A DNA stretch of 64,000 nt, from contig OY970399.1 in assembly GCA_963720545.1 (NCBI GenBank), forward strand, positions 992,001 through 1,056,000. Direction: 5' to 3'. Position numbers and translations under genes: made by a program. Source of the stretch: an uncultured Acidobacteriota bacterium. GTDB taxonomy: Bacteria; Acidobacteriota; Vicinamibacteria; Fen-336. Numbering within the stretch: position 1 is the stretch's first letter; each line of letters starts with the position of its first letter. Of this stretch, positions 8,890 through 22,561 are shown piece by piece. The notes under the pieces were generated by a model that worked only from the letters and a program-made list of their open reading frames with translations, was not told where the DNA came from and made no database searches.

Positions 8890-9318
8890 TCACTCGCTGC
8901 GCACCCACAACGTCAGCCCCTCGCGCCGCACCACGCGCGTGCGCTGGCCGCGCGGCAGGGTCGCGCCGTCGCAGCGGGCCGTCCAGCTGGCGCCGCGCAG
9001 CTCCACCTTGCCCACTTCGCCGGCGCGGATCTCCTCGGTGACGATCGCCGACTCCTCCTCGATTGCATCGACCGCACCCGGCCGGCCGCCGCTGTTGAAG
9101 CGCGCCTGCAGGGGCTTGCGGAGGAAGGCGAGCGACAGGATGCTGAAGACGGAGAAGAGCAGCCACTGGACCCAGGTGGGGCCCGCGGCGCCGACCAGGG
9201 CCAGCATGCCGACGATCAGCGCGCCGATGCCGAAGAAGAGAGCCATCAGGCCGCCGGGGGCCGCCAGTTCCAACCCGAGCAGGACCAAGCCGAGCACGAG
9301 CCAGTACCACCAGACCAT
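8890..9318 (-). CDS. Short NfeD-family (YbbJ-like) membrane protein
   Basis: MVWWYWLVLGLVLLGLEL, TM helices and C-terminal GKVELRGASWTA; directly upstream of the SPFH gene. Confidence 0.85.
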   Translation of the reverse strand: MVWWYWLVLGLVLLGLELAAPGGLMALFFGIGALIVGMLALVGAAGPTWVQWLLFSVFSILSLAFLRKPLQARFNSGGRPGAVDAIEEESAIVTEEIRAGEVGKVELRGASWTARCDGATLPRGQRTRVVRREGLTLWVRSE

Positions 9319-9453
9319 GCGGGGGAGGCTAGTGCCCTTCGGCAGCCATTTCAAATCGTCAGGCCGCCGCGGATGGTACATTCTTGAACAGTTTCAGTAC
9401 GTTCGGCTAGACTGCCGCCGCTGCCCTCTACAACGACGCGAGGTCGCGCCCAG

Positions 9454-9879
9454 GTGCCTGACGATCGTTCGTCGCTGCCACTTTCCCACCGCCGGGTCGT
9501 CGTCGTCGATGACGACGTCATCGTGCAACGCGTCGTCAGCCAGGCCCTGATCCACAGCGGGGCCGATGTCGAGTCCTGCGACGACGGCGCGGCGGCGCTC
9601 GCCGCCATCACCCGCCAGGTGCCCGACCTCGTGATCCTCGACATCAGCATGCCGGTGATGGGCGGCCTGGAACTGCTCGAGAAGCTGCGCGCCCGCGCCG
9701 AGACCGCCGACCTGCCGGTGGTCATCCACACCGGCTGCGCCGAGCACGAGTATCTCGAGGAGGCGCGCACCCTGCGCGCGGCTGCGGTCCTCAACAAGCC
9801 GACCCGGCCCAGCGAGGTCGTTAACACCGCGCGGCAGGTGCTGGAAGGCGCCCGCCCGCTGCTGCAAAGCGCCCGCTAG
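9454..9879 (+). CDS. Single-domain response regulator (CheY-like)
   Basis: VVVVDDD, LVILDISMP, HTG and NKP receiver motifs; start uncertain. Confidence 0.85.
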   Translation: MPDDRSSLPLSHRRVVVVDDDVIVQRVVSQALIHSGADVESCDDGAAALAAITRQVPDLVILDISMPVMGGLELLEKLRARAETADLPVVIHTGCAEHEYLEEARTLRAAAVLNKPTRPSEVVNTARQVLEGARPLLQSAR

Positions 9880-9890
9880 ACTCGCTTCTC

Positions 9891-12206
9891 ATGCCGCTGT
9901 CGCGCCCGCGAGCTGCTCTCTTTGCAGCTGCCGTCGTCGCTGTTGTCCTGGCTGCCGCCTATGCCTGGCGCAGTGGCGCGCTGGCACGCCTCGGCAGTGG
10001 CGGACGCCCGCGGAACCTGCTGCTCGTCACCATCGACACGCTGCGCGCCGACCGCCTCGGCAGCTACGGCTATGCGGCGGCGCAGACGCCGAACCTCGAT
10101 GCCCTCGCCCGCCGCGGCCTGCGCTTCACGCAGGCGACGACGGTGGTGCCGCTGACCCTGCCGGCGCATTCGTCGCTCCTCACCGGCACCTTCCCCGCCT
10201 GGCACGGCGTGCGCGACAACGGCGGCTTCTACCTGGGCGACGACCAGCTGACGCTCGCCGAGGTGCTGAAGGACAAGGGCTTCCGCACCGGCGGCTTCGT
10301 CTCGGCGTTCGTCCTCGACCGCCGCTGGGGCATCGCGCAGGGGTTCGAGCGGTTCTTCGACGACTTCGACCTCGAGAAGTTCAGCAAGGCCCCGAGCATG
10401 GACTTCATCCAGCGCCCCGGAAGCGAGACGGTCGAGCAGGCGATGGCCTGGCTCGGTGAGGACCGGGCCCGGCCTTTTTTCGCCTGGGTGCACCTCTACG
10501 ACCCGCACGCGCCCTACGAAGCTCCCGAACCGTACCGGTCGCGCTTTCCCGCGACGCTCCAGGGCGCCTACGACGCCGAGATCGCCTCGGCCGACGCAGA
10601 CGTCGGCCACCTGCTCGACGGCCTGGCGCGCCAGGGGCGGCTCGAGGACACGCTGGTGGTGGTGCTCGCCGACCACGGCGAGATGCTCGGCGAGCATGGC
10701 GAGCAGCAGCACGGCTTCTTCATCTACGACGGCGCGGTGCGCATCCCGCTGCTGATGGCGGGTCCCGGTCTCGCGCCGCGCACGATCTCCGACCAGGTGC
10801 GCATCGTCGACGTCATGCCGACGGCGCTCGAGCTGCTCGGCGTCGCGCGGCCCGCCGCGGTCCAGGGGACGAGCCTGCTGCCGCTCACCCACGGGCAGCG
10901 GCTTGGCCTGGTGGCGCACTCGGAAACCTGGTATCCGCGCTATCACTACGGCTGGAGCGAGCTGCGCTCGGTGCAGGACGGGCGCTTCAAGCTCATCGAG
11001 GCGCCGCGTCCCGAGCTCTACGATCTCGACTCGGACCGTAGCGAAGGCACCGACCTGGCGGGCGGCGATGCGGCGCGGGCGCAGTCGATGCGCGCCGCGC
11101 TCGCCGCCTTCGAAAGCCGCACCACGCGCGCCGGTGCAGCCAAGGGTCCGGCGCCGGTCGATGCCGAGACCGAGGAGAAACTGGCGGCGCTCGGCTACGT
11201 CGGCAGCGTCAGCGGCAGCCACATGAAGGACGTCGCCGGCGTGGTGCGCGGCGATCCCAAGGACAAGATCGGGCTTTACAACCTGCTGAAGAAGGCGGGG
11301 AGCGCCTCGGGCGGCGACAACCAGGACGAAGCGATAGCGCTGGTGCGCAGCGCGCTGCGCCAGGATCCCACGATCGTCGAGGGCTACATGCTGCTCGGCA
11401 ACTTCCTCAGCAAGGCGAAGCGGCTCGACGATGCGGTGGCCGCCTACAAGCAGGCGCTGGCGCTCGACCCGGAACACCAGAACGCGCTCTTCAGCCTGGC
11501 GGTCGCCTACAAGGACGGGAACCGGCTCGAGGACGCCCGCCTCGGCTTCGAGCGGGCGCGCGCGCTCGACCCGCGGAACGGCAAGGTGCTGTTCCAGCTC
11601 GCCGACCTCGCGCTGCGGCAGAAACGGCCGCAGGACGCCGAAGCCATCATTCGCGACGCGCTCGCGCGCAAGGTGGACGAGCACCGCTTCCTGCAGAAGC
11701 TCGGCGAGAGCTACATCGAGTCGAAGCGTTACGCGGAAGCGGAGAAGGCACTGAAGGAAGCGCTCGCGAAAAAGGCCGACCTGCCCGCGGCGCAGTTCGA
11801 CCTCGGCCTCGTTTACGAAGACACCGGCCGCCCCGAGATGGCGATCGTCGCCTATCGCGCCGAACTGGCGCGCGCGCCAACCGCGCACCGCGCGGCCTTC
11901 AATCTGGCCAAGCTTCTGGCGCGCAAGGGCGAACTGGCCGAGGCCACCTCCCTCTTTCGCAAGGTCGTCGAGGTCGATCCCAACTTCGGCACCGGGCGCC
12001 TGTACCTCGCCAAGGCGCTGCTCGACGCGAACGACCTGCCAGGCGCCGAAGACGAAGCGAAGAAGGGGCTCGCGCAAAACCCCGACCCGCAGATGGCGCC
12101 CCTCGGCCACTACGTCCTGGCTGACGTCTACTCGCGCCTGGGGCGCGAGCAGGAGGCGCGGCGCGAGGCGGCCTTGGCGAAGCGGCTGGAGCGGCCGGTC
12201 GACTAG
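9891..12206 (+). CDS. Sulfatase-like (alkaline phosphatase superfamily) hydrolase/transferase with C-terminal TPRs, copy 1
   Basis: N-terminal TM/signal; NLLLVTIDTLRAD, PLTLPAHSSLLTG, HLYDPH and ADHGE; TPR repeats. Confidence 0.85.
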   Translation: MPLSRPRAALFAAAVVAVVLAAAYAWRSGALARLGSGGRPRNLLLVTIDTLRADRLGSYGYAAAQTPNLDALARRGLRFTQATTVVPLTLPAHSSLLTGTFPAWHGVRDNGGFYLGDDQLTLAEVLKDKGFRTGGFVSAFVLDRRWGIAQGFERFFDDFDLEKFSKAPSMDFIQRPGSETVEQAMAWLGEDRARPFFAWVHLYDPHAPYEAPEPYRSRFPATLQGAYDAEIASADADVGHLLDGLARQGRLEDTLVVVLADHGEMLGEHGEQQHGFFIYDGAVRIPLLMAGPGLAPRTISDQVRIVDVMPTALELLGVARPAAVQGTSLLPLTHGQRLGLVAHSETWYPRYHYGWSELRSVQDGRFKLIEAPRPELYDLDSDRSEGTDLAGGDAARAQSMRAALAAFESRTTRAGAAKGPAPVDAETEEKLAALGYVGSVSGSHMKDVAGVVRGDPKDKIGLYNLLKKAGSASGGDNQDEAIALVRSALRQDPTIVEGYMLLGNFLSKAKRLDDAVAAYKQALALDPEHQNALFSLAVAYKDGNRLEDARLGFERARALDPRNGKVLFQLADLALRQKRPQDAEAIIRDALARKVDEHRFLQKLGESYIESKRYAEAEKALKEALAKKADLPAAQFDLGLVYEDTGRPEMAIVAYRAELARAPTAHRAAFNLAKLLARKGELAEATSLFRKVVEVDPNFGTGRLYLAKALLDANDLPGAEDEAKKGLAQNPDPQMAPLGHYVLADVYSRLGREQEARREAALAKRLERPVD

Positions 12207-12209
12207 CGA

Positions 12210-15028
12210 CTAGAAGCGGATCTTCGCGCCCAGCATGAAGCGGCGCGGAAACACCGGCGACGAGAACTGGTTGAAGAGCGGCGAATCGACCAGGCTGCTC
12301 AGCACCGTCTCCGGGGCGTCTTCGTTCAGCAGGTTCAAGGCGTCGACGAACACGCCGAATTTCGCTTCCTTGCCGAGCTTGAAGTCTTTCTGCAGCCGCA
12401 TGTCGAGCTGCGTGACGTCGGCGATGCGCGGCGTCGTGCCGCGCTCCTGCAGCAGGAGGGTCGTGCCCTCTGGGATGTTCGTGATCTCGGGGAGGACCGA
12501 CGTGCGCCGCACGGACCACGCGCCGTTGCGAAACGCCATGTTGGCCGAGACCAGCACGTCCCACGGCAGCTTGTAGAGCAGTTGCGCCTTGGCCGACCAG
12601 GTGACGTCGAGCGGCAGGCGCCCGCCAGTGTTGATGAGGTCGTTGGGGTTCTTGCCGAAGTCGCGGAATTGCAGCCCGCCGCGCTGGGCGATGCCGACGC
12701 CCGAGACGCTGTCGGTCACGCGGCCAGTGCCGCGCAGCCAGGTCACCGAGGCGTTCGCCTGCCAGTTGCCCGACATGCGCTTGATGAACGAGACGCTCAC
12801 GGCGTTGACGGTGCTGCCGATCGTGGGGCCGTTCACGATCTGGAACTGCCGGTCGGCCGGGTCGCTCGTCAGCCGGAAGATGTCGAAGGTGTTGCCGGTG
12901 CCCTCGTCGGTGAACGGGATGCGCTCGTAGGTGCCGGTGGTGTCCGTCCAGCTCGCATAGTCCTTGGCGCGCTTGTGGCTGTAACTGACGGTCATCCCCA
13001 GGGATTCCATCAGCTCGCGTTCGAAACTCACGGTGAACTGGTCGGTGCGCGGCGAGCGGTAGTTGGGATCGACGCTGAGGTTGGTGTTGCCTTCCAGGAA
13101 CGTCAGCTCGGTGAACTCGCCGGTGTCGAAATCGTAGCCGGTACCGGCGAACGTCGGCTTGATGCTGGCCCCCACGACGTTCGCATACTCGCCAGTCGCC
13201 ACCGCGCGGTGGTAGCGGCCGTAGAAGCCCTTCAAGACTGTCTTGCCGTCGCCGCGTGAGCTTCAGGTTGAAGCCGACCCGCGGCGACCAGCTCTTCCAG
13301 GTGAAGAAGTCCTGCTCGGGGAAGGTGTTTCCGGTCGTGGCGCCGAACTCGTCGACTTCGTCCTGCGCCGCGGAGAACGCCTTGTTGTGGTCGTAGCGCA
13401 CGCCGAAGTTGAGCGACAGGCGGTCGTTGACGCGCGCGGTGTCGTCGAAGAAGACGCCCAGCGTTCCTGGCATTGCCGCTGTAGCTGAACGGCTGGCGCT
13501 CGTAGCCGTAGCCGTAGCGCGTGCCGTTGTAGGTGTAAGTGAACACCAGGTCGTTGTAACCGTAGTTGCCCTTGGCCTGCGCATCCGAGTACTGCACGCC
13601 GAAGCGGAAGTCGTGGCCGGCGCCAAGGAAGTGGTCAGCCTGGTGCGAGATCTTGGCGGTGTAGGTCTGGCGCTTGGTCGGGTCGGTGTCGTACCAATAG
13701 TAGAAGCCGCCGCTCGTGAGCCCGGTGTCGAGGTCGTAGAAGCGGTCGAGGTCGCGCGGCTGGTTCGGGTCGGTGGGGCCGCCCTGGACGCGGCCGTAGA
13801 AGCCCGAGTAGCGCACGTCCAGCACTGTCTTGTCCGAGAGCACGCCGGTGTAGCCGATGCCCGGAGTCGGCGTCTTGCCGCGGCGCGTGAACGCCTCGCT
13901 CAACTGCTGGGTGACGCCGATACCGTAGTCGTCGTCGCGCTTGTCGAGGCTGAAGGTCGCGACCACCTTGTGGTTCGGGTTGATCTGCCAGTTGATCTTG
14001 CCGAGATAGCGGTCCGACTTGCGGCGCCGCTCCGAGAGCGGGTTCGACGTCTCGGTGCCGGCTTCGGCGAAGTAGTCGCGCTGGAAGCCGTAGGACGCGA
14101 AGAACCACAGCTTGTCCTTGATGATCGGCCCGCCGAGCTGCGCCGAAAAGTCGCGGTACTGGTCGCGGAAGAACGGGCAGCGCAACGTGGCGTCGCTGGG
14201 GCAGGCGTCGAACGGCGTGCCGTCGTTGAGACGCACGTTCTTCGTGTTGTCGGAGGTGAGGCCGTCCGACTGCAGGTAGAAGTTGACGTCGCCGTGGTAT
14301 TCGTTCGTCCCCTGCCGCGTCACGATGTTGTAGACGGCGCCCGAGGCGTTGCCATACTCGGCCGGAGCGCCGAGCGACAGCACCTCGACTTCCTCGATGG
14401 CGTCGGTGCTCGGCTCGGCGAGCGCCTCGTTGAAGAAGGTCTCGGTGATGTCGACGCCGTCGAGCTGGAACGAGTTCTCGTCGTACGACGACCCGTAGGC
14501 CATGGTGCGCTGGGCGTTGAAGCCGTTGTCGCCCGCCTGCATCGACCCCGGCGCCGCCGCCACCAGATCGAAGAAACTGAGTCGCCGCAGCGGCGCGTTC
14601 TCCACCAGCGTGCGGTCGAAGTTGCTGCCGACTTCGTTCGAGGTGGTGTCGACGACCGGCGCGTCCGCGACGATCGTGACTTCCTCCTGGAGCGCCGACA
14701 CCTCGAGGTTCGCGCTCTCCTCGACACCCTGCCCCAGGCCCACGCGCAGGCCGGTGCGAGTCATGGTCTTGAAGCCGCCGATCGTGAAGCTGATCTGGTA
14801 CTGCCCCGGCGGCAGCCCGAGCACCCGGTAGAAGCCCAGCTCATTGGTGGTTGCGGTGCGCGCGCCGACGATGTTCTCGCCGCTGATGCTGACGGTGGCG
14901 CCGGGCAGGATGGCGCCGCTGGTGTCGCGCACGGTGCCGGAGACGCTGCCTGTCGTCCGCTGAGCGAGGAGCGCCATGGGACAGAGGCCGGTGAACACGG
15001 CGACCAGGAACGCGATCCGCTTCCGCAT
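12210..15028 (-). pseudogene. TonB-dependent (Oar-like) outer-membrane receptor 1, interrupted by two apparent +1 frameshifts
   Basis: AAGGAG RBS, signal peptide, carboxypeptidase-regulatory-like domain, LGGPIIKDKLWFF and C-terminal Phe. Frame switches near 13465 and 13255; possibly an intact gene with assembly errors. Confidence 0.8.
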
Positions 15029-15108
15029 CTGGGGTGACTCCTTGGTGGCAGGTTTGTACACCTGCACGGAGGCCAATGCAAGGGAACGGGCGTGCGTCGG
15101 CCCCGCGT

Positions 15109-16199
15109 CTAGCGGCCGAATTCGTCGAGCGCCAGGCCGATGCGGCGCAAGCCCTCGCGAAACGTCCCGGGGTCGATGCCGAGGCCGACACGGAATCCGT
15201 CCGCGGCGCCGAAGAAGCGGCCCGGCACCACGCTCGTCTCGTGGCGTTCGCGCAGCAGCCGCGCGAAATCGTCCACCGAGCCGCCGCGCAAGCGCGGGAA
15301 GCGCACCGTGCCGGCACGCGGCGACGCATCCTGCAGGTCGCGGCGCAGCGCCACGAACGTGTCGAAGGCGGCGCGGTTCGGCTCCAGCAGGCCCTGCGCT
15401 CGCAGCCGCAGCTGGCCGAGCCGGTTGAGTGCCACGAGGCTCAGGCGCTCGGCCGGGTGCGCCGGTACGTTCACCATCACGTCGTGCATGCGGTGGGCGC
15501 GCAGCGCGATCTCGGGCGCCGCCAGGATGTAGCCGCAGCGCAGGCCGGACAGCCCGAAGGCCTTGGTCAGGCTCGAGGTGGCGATGAACGCCGGGCCGAG
15601 GCGAAAGGCGCTCGGCAGCGGGTCCGAATAAAGCGCCTCGAGATAGACCTCGTCCACCAGAACGCGCGCGCCGACCGAGGCTGCCAGCCGGCCCACCTCC
15701 GTGAGTACTGCGTCGTCGCTGCGCACGCTGGTCGGGTTGTGCAGGTTGGTCAGCGCCACGAGGCGGGTGCGCGGCGAGAGCGCGGCCCGCACCGCCGCCG
15801 GGTCGATGGCGTAGTGGTCGGCCGCGCGCCGCGCGAAGCGCTTCACCACCGCACCGAGGTGGTGCGCCATGTCCACGAGCAGCGGATAGGTCGGCTCCTC
15901 GATGACCACCTCGTCGCCCTTGCCGAGGCAGAGCGACATGACGATGAAGTTCGCGAGCGAGGTGCCGCCGGCCGCCACCAGGCACTCGGCCGGCACGTCG
16001 AGGCGGCGCGCCAGCTGCTGCTGCAACGGCGGCCATCCGTAGGCGCTCGGACCGGTCAGCTCGAGGTCGGCAAGCGTTGCGCCCAGCTCGGCGAGGCTGA
16101 CCGGCGCCACGCCGCTGACCGCCAGGTTGAAGGTGGCGTCGGCGCGGGTCTTGGCCCACTCCATGTACTCCGATGCCGATTCGCGCAGCGCCGGCACCG

Positions 16200-16203
<4 letters not shown>
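15109..16203 (-). CDS. PLP-dependent aminotransferase class I/II
   Basis: TNLHNPT, VDEVY and SSLTKAFGLSGLRCG; ATG overlaps the kinase stop. Confidence 0.88.
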
Positions 16204-18773
<2,570 letters not shown>

Positions 18774-18868
18774 TTCGAGGAGGGGTTCACGGTGTTGATG
18801 GTACCCGAACTCCGGGCAGCGGCCGGGGCCGCGAACGCGCGATACCCGTATTCCCGAGGAGTGGACTA

Positions 18869-18945
18869 TGACGCAAGCGCCTGGGGAACGGACTAACGGA
18901 AATCGACGGATTGGAGGGGGACGGAGAGGCCAATCCGTCGATGGC
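18869..18945 (-). repeat. Modular intergenic repeat locus 2 (one hairpin plus one box)
   Basis: TGACGCAAGCGCCTGGGG at 18869-18886; hairpin arms 18902-18914 and 18930-18942. Confidence 0.9.
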
Positions 18946-18946
18946 C

Positions 18947-20245
18947 TTACTCGTTCTTGTAGACGGTGCCGCCCTTCATCACGAACTTCACCTTCTCGGT
19001 GAGCTTCACGTCCGCGAGGGGGTCGCCAGGAACCGCGACGATGTCGGCTTCCTTGCCGGCTTCGAGCGTGCCGACGAGCTTGTCGAGGCCGAGGAGCGTC
19101 GACGCTCCCTGGGTGGCCGCGCGCAGGGCGGCCGCGGGCGTCATGCCCGCTGCCACCATGAAGGCGAACTCCTGCGCGTTGACGCCGTGCGGGCTCACGC
19201 CCGAGTCGGTGCCGAAGGCGATCTTCACGCCCATCGCCACCGCCTTCCTGAGCACCGCCTCCTGCGAATCGGCAGCCGCCTTCGCCTTCGCGGCGATTTC
19301 CGGCGGCAGGTTGCGGGCGCGCCGCCCCGAGTATTCGGCGGCGAGGCAGGTCGGCACGTAGTACGTGCCCTTCTCCTTCATCATGCGCAGCGCCTCGTCG
19401 TCGAGGAACGAGCCGTGCTCGATCGAGTCGATGCCGGCGCGCACCGCCACCTTGGCCGCTTCCGCACCGTGCGAGTGCGCCGCCGCCTTCTTGCCGAGCT
19501 TGTGGGCTTCGTCGACGAGCGCGTTCATCTCGTCCTGGGTGAGCTGCGGGGTGTCCACCGCGTCGCCCAGCGACAGCACGCCGCCGCTCGCACAGGTCTT
19601 GATGACGTCGGCGCCGTACTTCACCTGGAAGCGCACCGCGTCGCGGAACTGGTCGGCGCCGGCGGCAATGCCGTCCTGGATGCCGCTCTCCTTGCCGAAG
19701 AACATGTACGGAAAGCCGCCGTTATCGCAGTGGCCGCCGCGCGAGCCGAGCGCGTGCACCGAAACCAGCAGGCGCGGGCCGGGCACGACGCCGGCGTTGA
19801 TGCTGTTGCGCAGCGCGACGTCCACATAATCGGTCGAGCCAAGGTCGCGGGTGGTGGTGAAGCCGGCGAGCAGCAGGCGCTTCGCGTAGACGGTCGCGCG
19901 CACCGCCACCTCGGGCGCACCCATGCGCATGCCGTTGACGGTGTCCACATACCAGTTCTCGCCCATCTCACCGGAGACGTGGGTGTGGGAATCGATGAAT
20001 CCCGGAACCAGGGTCGCATCGCCGAGATCGATGACCTTCGCACCGGCGGGCACGCTGCCGCCCGAGGAAACCGACTTGATCTTCGTGCCCTCGACCACGA
20101 TGACGGCGTTCGGCGTGGCCTTGTCGCTCTTCGCGTCGAAGTAGCGCGCCGCCTTCAGCACCGTCACTGACGCAGCCGCCGGCGCTTGCGCCCATGCGGG
20201 CGAGACCAGGAACGCCACCGCCGCCGCCAGCAAACCGAACCTCAT
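18947..20245 (-). CDS. Secreted amidohydrolase family protein (Xaa-Pro dipeptidase-like)
   Basis: Signal peptide; PGFIDSHTH, AAHSHG, IEHGS and FGTDSG; GGAGG RBS. Confidence 0.88.
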   Translation of the reverse strand: MRFGLLAAAVAFLVSPAWAQAPAAASVTVLKAARYFDAKSDKATPNAVIVVEGTKIKSVSSGGSVPAGAKVIDLGDATLVPGFIDSHTHVSGEMGENWYVDTVNGMRMGAPEVAVRATVYAKRLLLAGFTTTRDLGSTDYVDVALRNSINAGVVPGPRLLVSVHALGSRGGHCDNGGFPYMFFGKESGIQDGIAAGADQFRDAVRFQVKYGADVIKTCASGGVLSLGDAVDTPQLTQDEMNALVDEAHKLGKKAAAHSHGAEAAKVAVRAGIDSIEHGSFLDDEALRMMKEKGTYYVPTCLAAEYSGRRARNLPPEIAAKAKAAADSQEAVLRKAVAMGVKIAFGTDSGVSPHGVNAQEFAFMVAAGMTPAAALRAATQGASTLLGLDKLVGTLEAGKEADIVAVPGDPLADVKLTEKVKFVMKGGTVYKNE

Positions 20246-20302
20246 CCCATTGCCTCCCATTGAAGTCGCGTCGGGATCCTAGCCCATGGGCGATAATGCC
20301 GT

Positions 20303-21730
20303 ATGCAGCGACGCTCCGACAGTCGTTTCGCCGCGTTTCTCCGCCGTCTCGTGGTGCTCGCCGCCGTCGTGGCGGCGGTCGCGCTACTGCTGGCGCTGGT
20401 GCGTACGGGCGGCAAGCCGACAATCGCGATGCGTGCCAGCTCCGCCGCGATCGGCCGCAAGACCAGCGTCACGATCGACGTCGCCGAGCCGGGCCGCGGC
20501 GTCTCGAACGTGAGCGCCGAGCTGGTGCAGGGGACGAAGACAACGCCGCTCGGCGAGATCAGCTTCCCCGTCCGGCCGTTCTGGGCGTTCTGGGGCCACC
20601 GCACGCAGACAGCGCAACTGAACGTCGCTGTGGGCCGCGACGCGATCCCGTCGCTCACCGCCGGCGAGGCGGTGGTGCGCGTCAGCGCGGCGCGTGCGTC
20701 CACCTGGCTGCGCCATCCAGCGCCCGTGGTGGCCGAGCTGAAGATGCCGGTGCGGCTGGCACCGCCGGCGGTGCAGCTGGTGTCGAGCAAACACTACGTG
20801 GCGCAGGGCGGCTGCGAGGCGGTCGTCTACAAGGTCGGCGAGGCGGCGGTGCGCGACGGCGTGCGCGTCGGCGACTGGTTTTTCCCCGGCCATGCGCTCC
20901 CCGGCGGCGGCAAGCAGGACCGGTTCGCGCTGTTCGCGGTGCCCTACGACCAGGGCGACTCGAGTGCCGTCAAGCTGGTGGCGGCCGACGACGCTGGCAA
21001 CGAGTCGGCGGTCGCATTCGTGGACCAGTTCTTCCCGCGGCCGATGAAGGCCGACACCATCGAGCTGAACGACGGGTTCCTCGGCAAGGTGGTGCCGGAG
21101 ATCATGGCGCAGACCGCCGGCTTCGCCGACCGCGGCGGACCGCTGCCGAACTACCTCGCGATCAACGGCGAACTGCGCCGCGCCAATGCCGCCGAGCTGA
21201 AGAAGCTGGCCGAGGCGTCGCAGGAGAAGTTCCTCTGGAGGGATGCGTTCGCGCCGTTTCCGGGCGGCCAGGTGATGTCGAACTTCGCCGACCATCGCAC
21301 CTACATCTACAACGGCCAGAAAGTGGACCAGCAGGATCACCTCGGCTTCGACCTGGCCTCGACCGAGAAGGCGAACGTGCCCGCGGCCAACGCCGGCGTC
21401 GTGGTGCTGGCACGCTACTTCGGCATCTACGGCAACACCGTGGTGCTCGACCACGGCTACGGCCTCCTGTCCCTTTACGCGCACCTGTCCTCGATCGACG
21501 TGCACGAAGGCCAGGCGGTCGAGCGCGGCACGGCACTGGGACGTAGCGGCCAGACAGGCCTGGCCGGCGGCGACCACCTGCATTTCACAATGCTGCTCGA
21601 CGGCCTCGCGGTGACGCCGGTCGAGTGGTGGGATGCGCACTGGCTGCAGGACCGCCTCTCGGGCAAGCTCGGCAACGCGCTGCCCTACACGCAGCAGGCC
21701 GCGGCCGCGCGACCGGCGCGGCGGCGGTAG
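20303..21730 (+). CDS. M23 family metallopeptidase
   Basis: N-terminal TM; HLGFD (HxxxD), YAHLS and HLH motifs. Confidence 0.88.
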   Translation: MQRRSDSRFAAFLRRLVVLAAVVAAVALLLALVRTGGKPTIAMRASSAAIGRKTSVTIDVAEPGRGVSNVSAELVQGTKTTPLGEISFPVRPFWAFWGHRTQTAQLNVAVGRDAIPSLTAGEAVVRVSAARASTWLRHPAPVVAELKMPVRLAPPAVQLVSSKHYVAQGGCEAVVYKVGEAAVRDGVRVGDWFFPGHALPGGGKQDRFALFAVPYDQGDSSAVKLVAADDAGNESAVAFVDQFFPRPMKADTIELNDGFLGKVVPEIMAQTAGFADRGGPLPNYLAINGELRRANAAELKKLAEASQEKFLWRDAFAPFPGGQVMSNFADHRTYIYNGQKVDQQDHLGFDLASTEKANVPAANAGVVVLARYFGIYGNTVVLDHGYGLLSLYAHLSSIDVHEGQAVERGTALGRSGQTGLAGGDHLHFTMLLDGLAVTPVEWWDAHWLQDRLSGKLGNALPYTQQAAAARPARRR

Positions 21731-21733
21731 CGC

Positions 21734-22528
21734 ATGAGTCTCGTCGGCTACCAGCCGGGCAGCGACGGCATCGCCCTCATCACCCTCGACGACCCGCCCG
21801 CCAACACCTACTCGTACGACATGATGCGCGAGCTGGATACGGCGATCCTCGCGGCGCGCATGGACGACGCGGTGCATGCAATCCTCATCACCGGCGCGGG
21901 CGAGAAGTTCTTCTGCGCCGGCGCCAACATCTCACTCCTGCAGGCGATGACGCCGCGCTTCAAGTATGCGTTCTGCCTGCACGCCAACGAGACGCTGAAC
22001 CGCCTCGAGCAGACGCCGAAGCTCGTGGTCGCGGCCATCAACGGCCATTGCGTCGGCGGCGGGCTGGAGGTGGCGATGGCGGCCGACCTGCGCTTCGCGC
22101 GCAAGGGCGCGGGCAAGACCGGCCTGCCCGAGGTTTCGCTCGGCGTGCTGCCCGGCACCGGCGGCACACAGCGGCTGGTGCGCCTGCTCGGCAAGGCGAA
22201 GGCGATGGAACTGATGACGAGCGGCCGGCTCGTCGACTTCGACGCGGCGGCGGCGCTCGGCCTGGTCGGCGAGGTCGTCGCAGCCGACTCGGCAGCCGCG
22301 TTCCTGGCCGCGGTGCGCGACAAGGTGCGCGAGCTGGTGCCGCCGGCGAAGGCAAGCAAGGCCGTCGGCCTCATCAAGCGCGCCGTGCAGTCGGGAGCCG
22401 AGATGAGCTTCGTGGACGGCCTCGCTCTGGAGCGCGAGCTGCAGCAGCAGCTCTTCGAGTCGGACGATGCGCGCGAGGGCCTCGCGGCCAGCGTCGCGAA
22501 GCGCAAGGCGGTGTTCAAGGGCGTGTAG
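21734..22528 (+). CDS. Enoyl-CoA hydratase/isomerase family protein
   Basis: FCAGANI, GGGLEVA and PEVSLGVLPGTGGTQRL. Confidence 0.9.
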   Translation: MSLVGYQPGSDGIALITLDDPPANTYSYDMMRELDTAILAARMDDAVHAILITGAGEKFFCAGANISLLQAMTPRFKYAFCLHANETLNRLEQTPKLVVAAINGHCVGGGLEVAMAADLRFARKGAGKTGLPEVSLGVLPGTGGTQRLVRLLGKAKAMELMTSGRLVDFDAAAALGLVGEVVAADSAAAFLAAVRDKVRELVPPAKASKAVGLIKRAVQSGAEMSFVDGLALERELQQQLFESDDAREGLAASVAKRKAVFKGV

Positions 22529-22561
22529 GCGCGCTCCTTCGCTTAAGCTCTGCGGACCCCA

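Noticed and set aside
13232..16159. 975-aa ORF as an aminotransferase-receptor fusion
   Set aside because: The region upstream of 15028 is an off-frame reading of the aminotransferase; the receptor has its own RBS and signal peptide.
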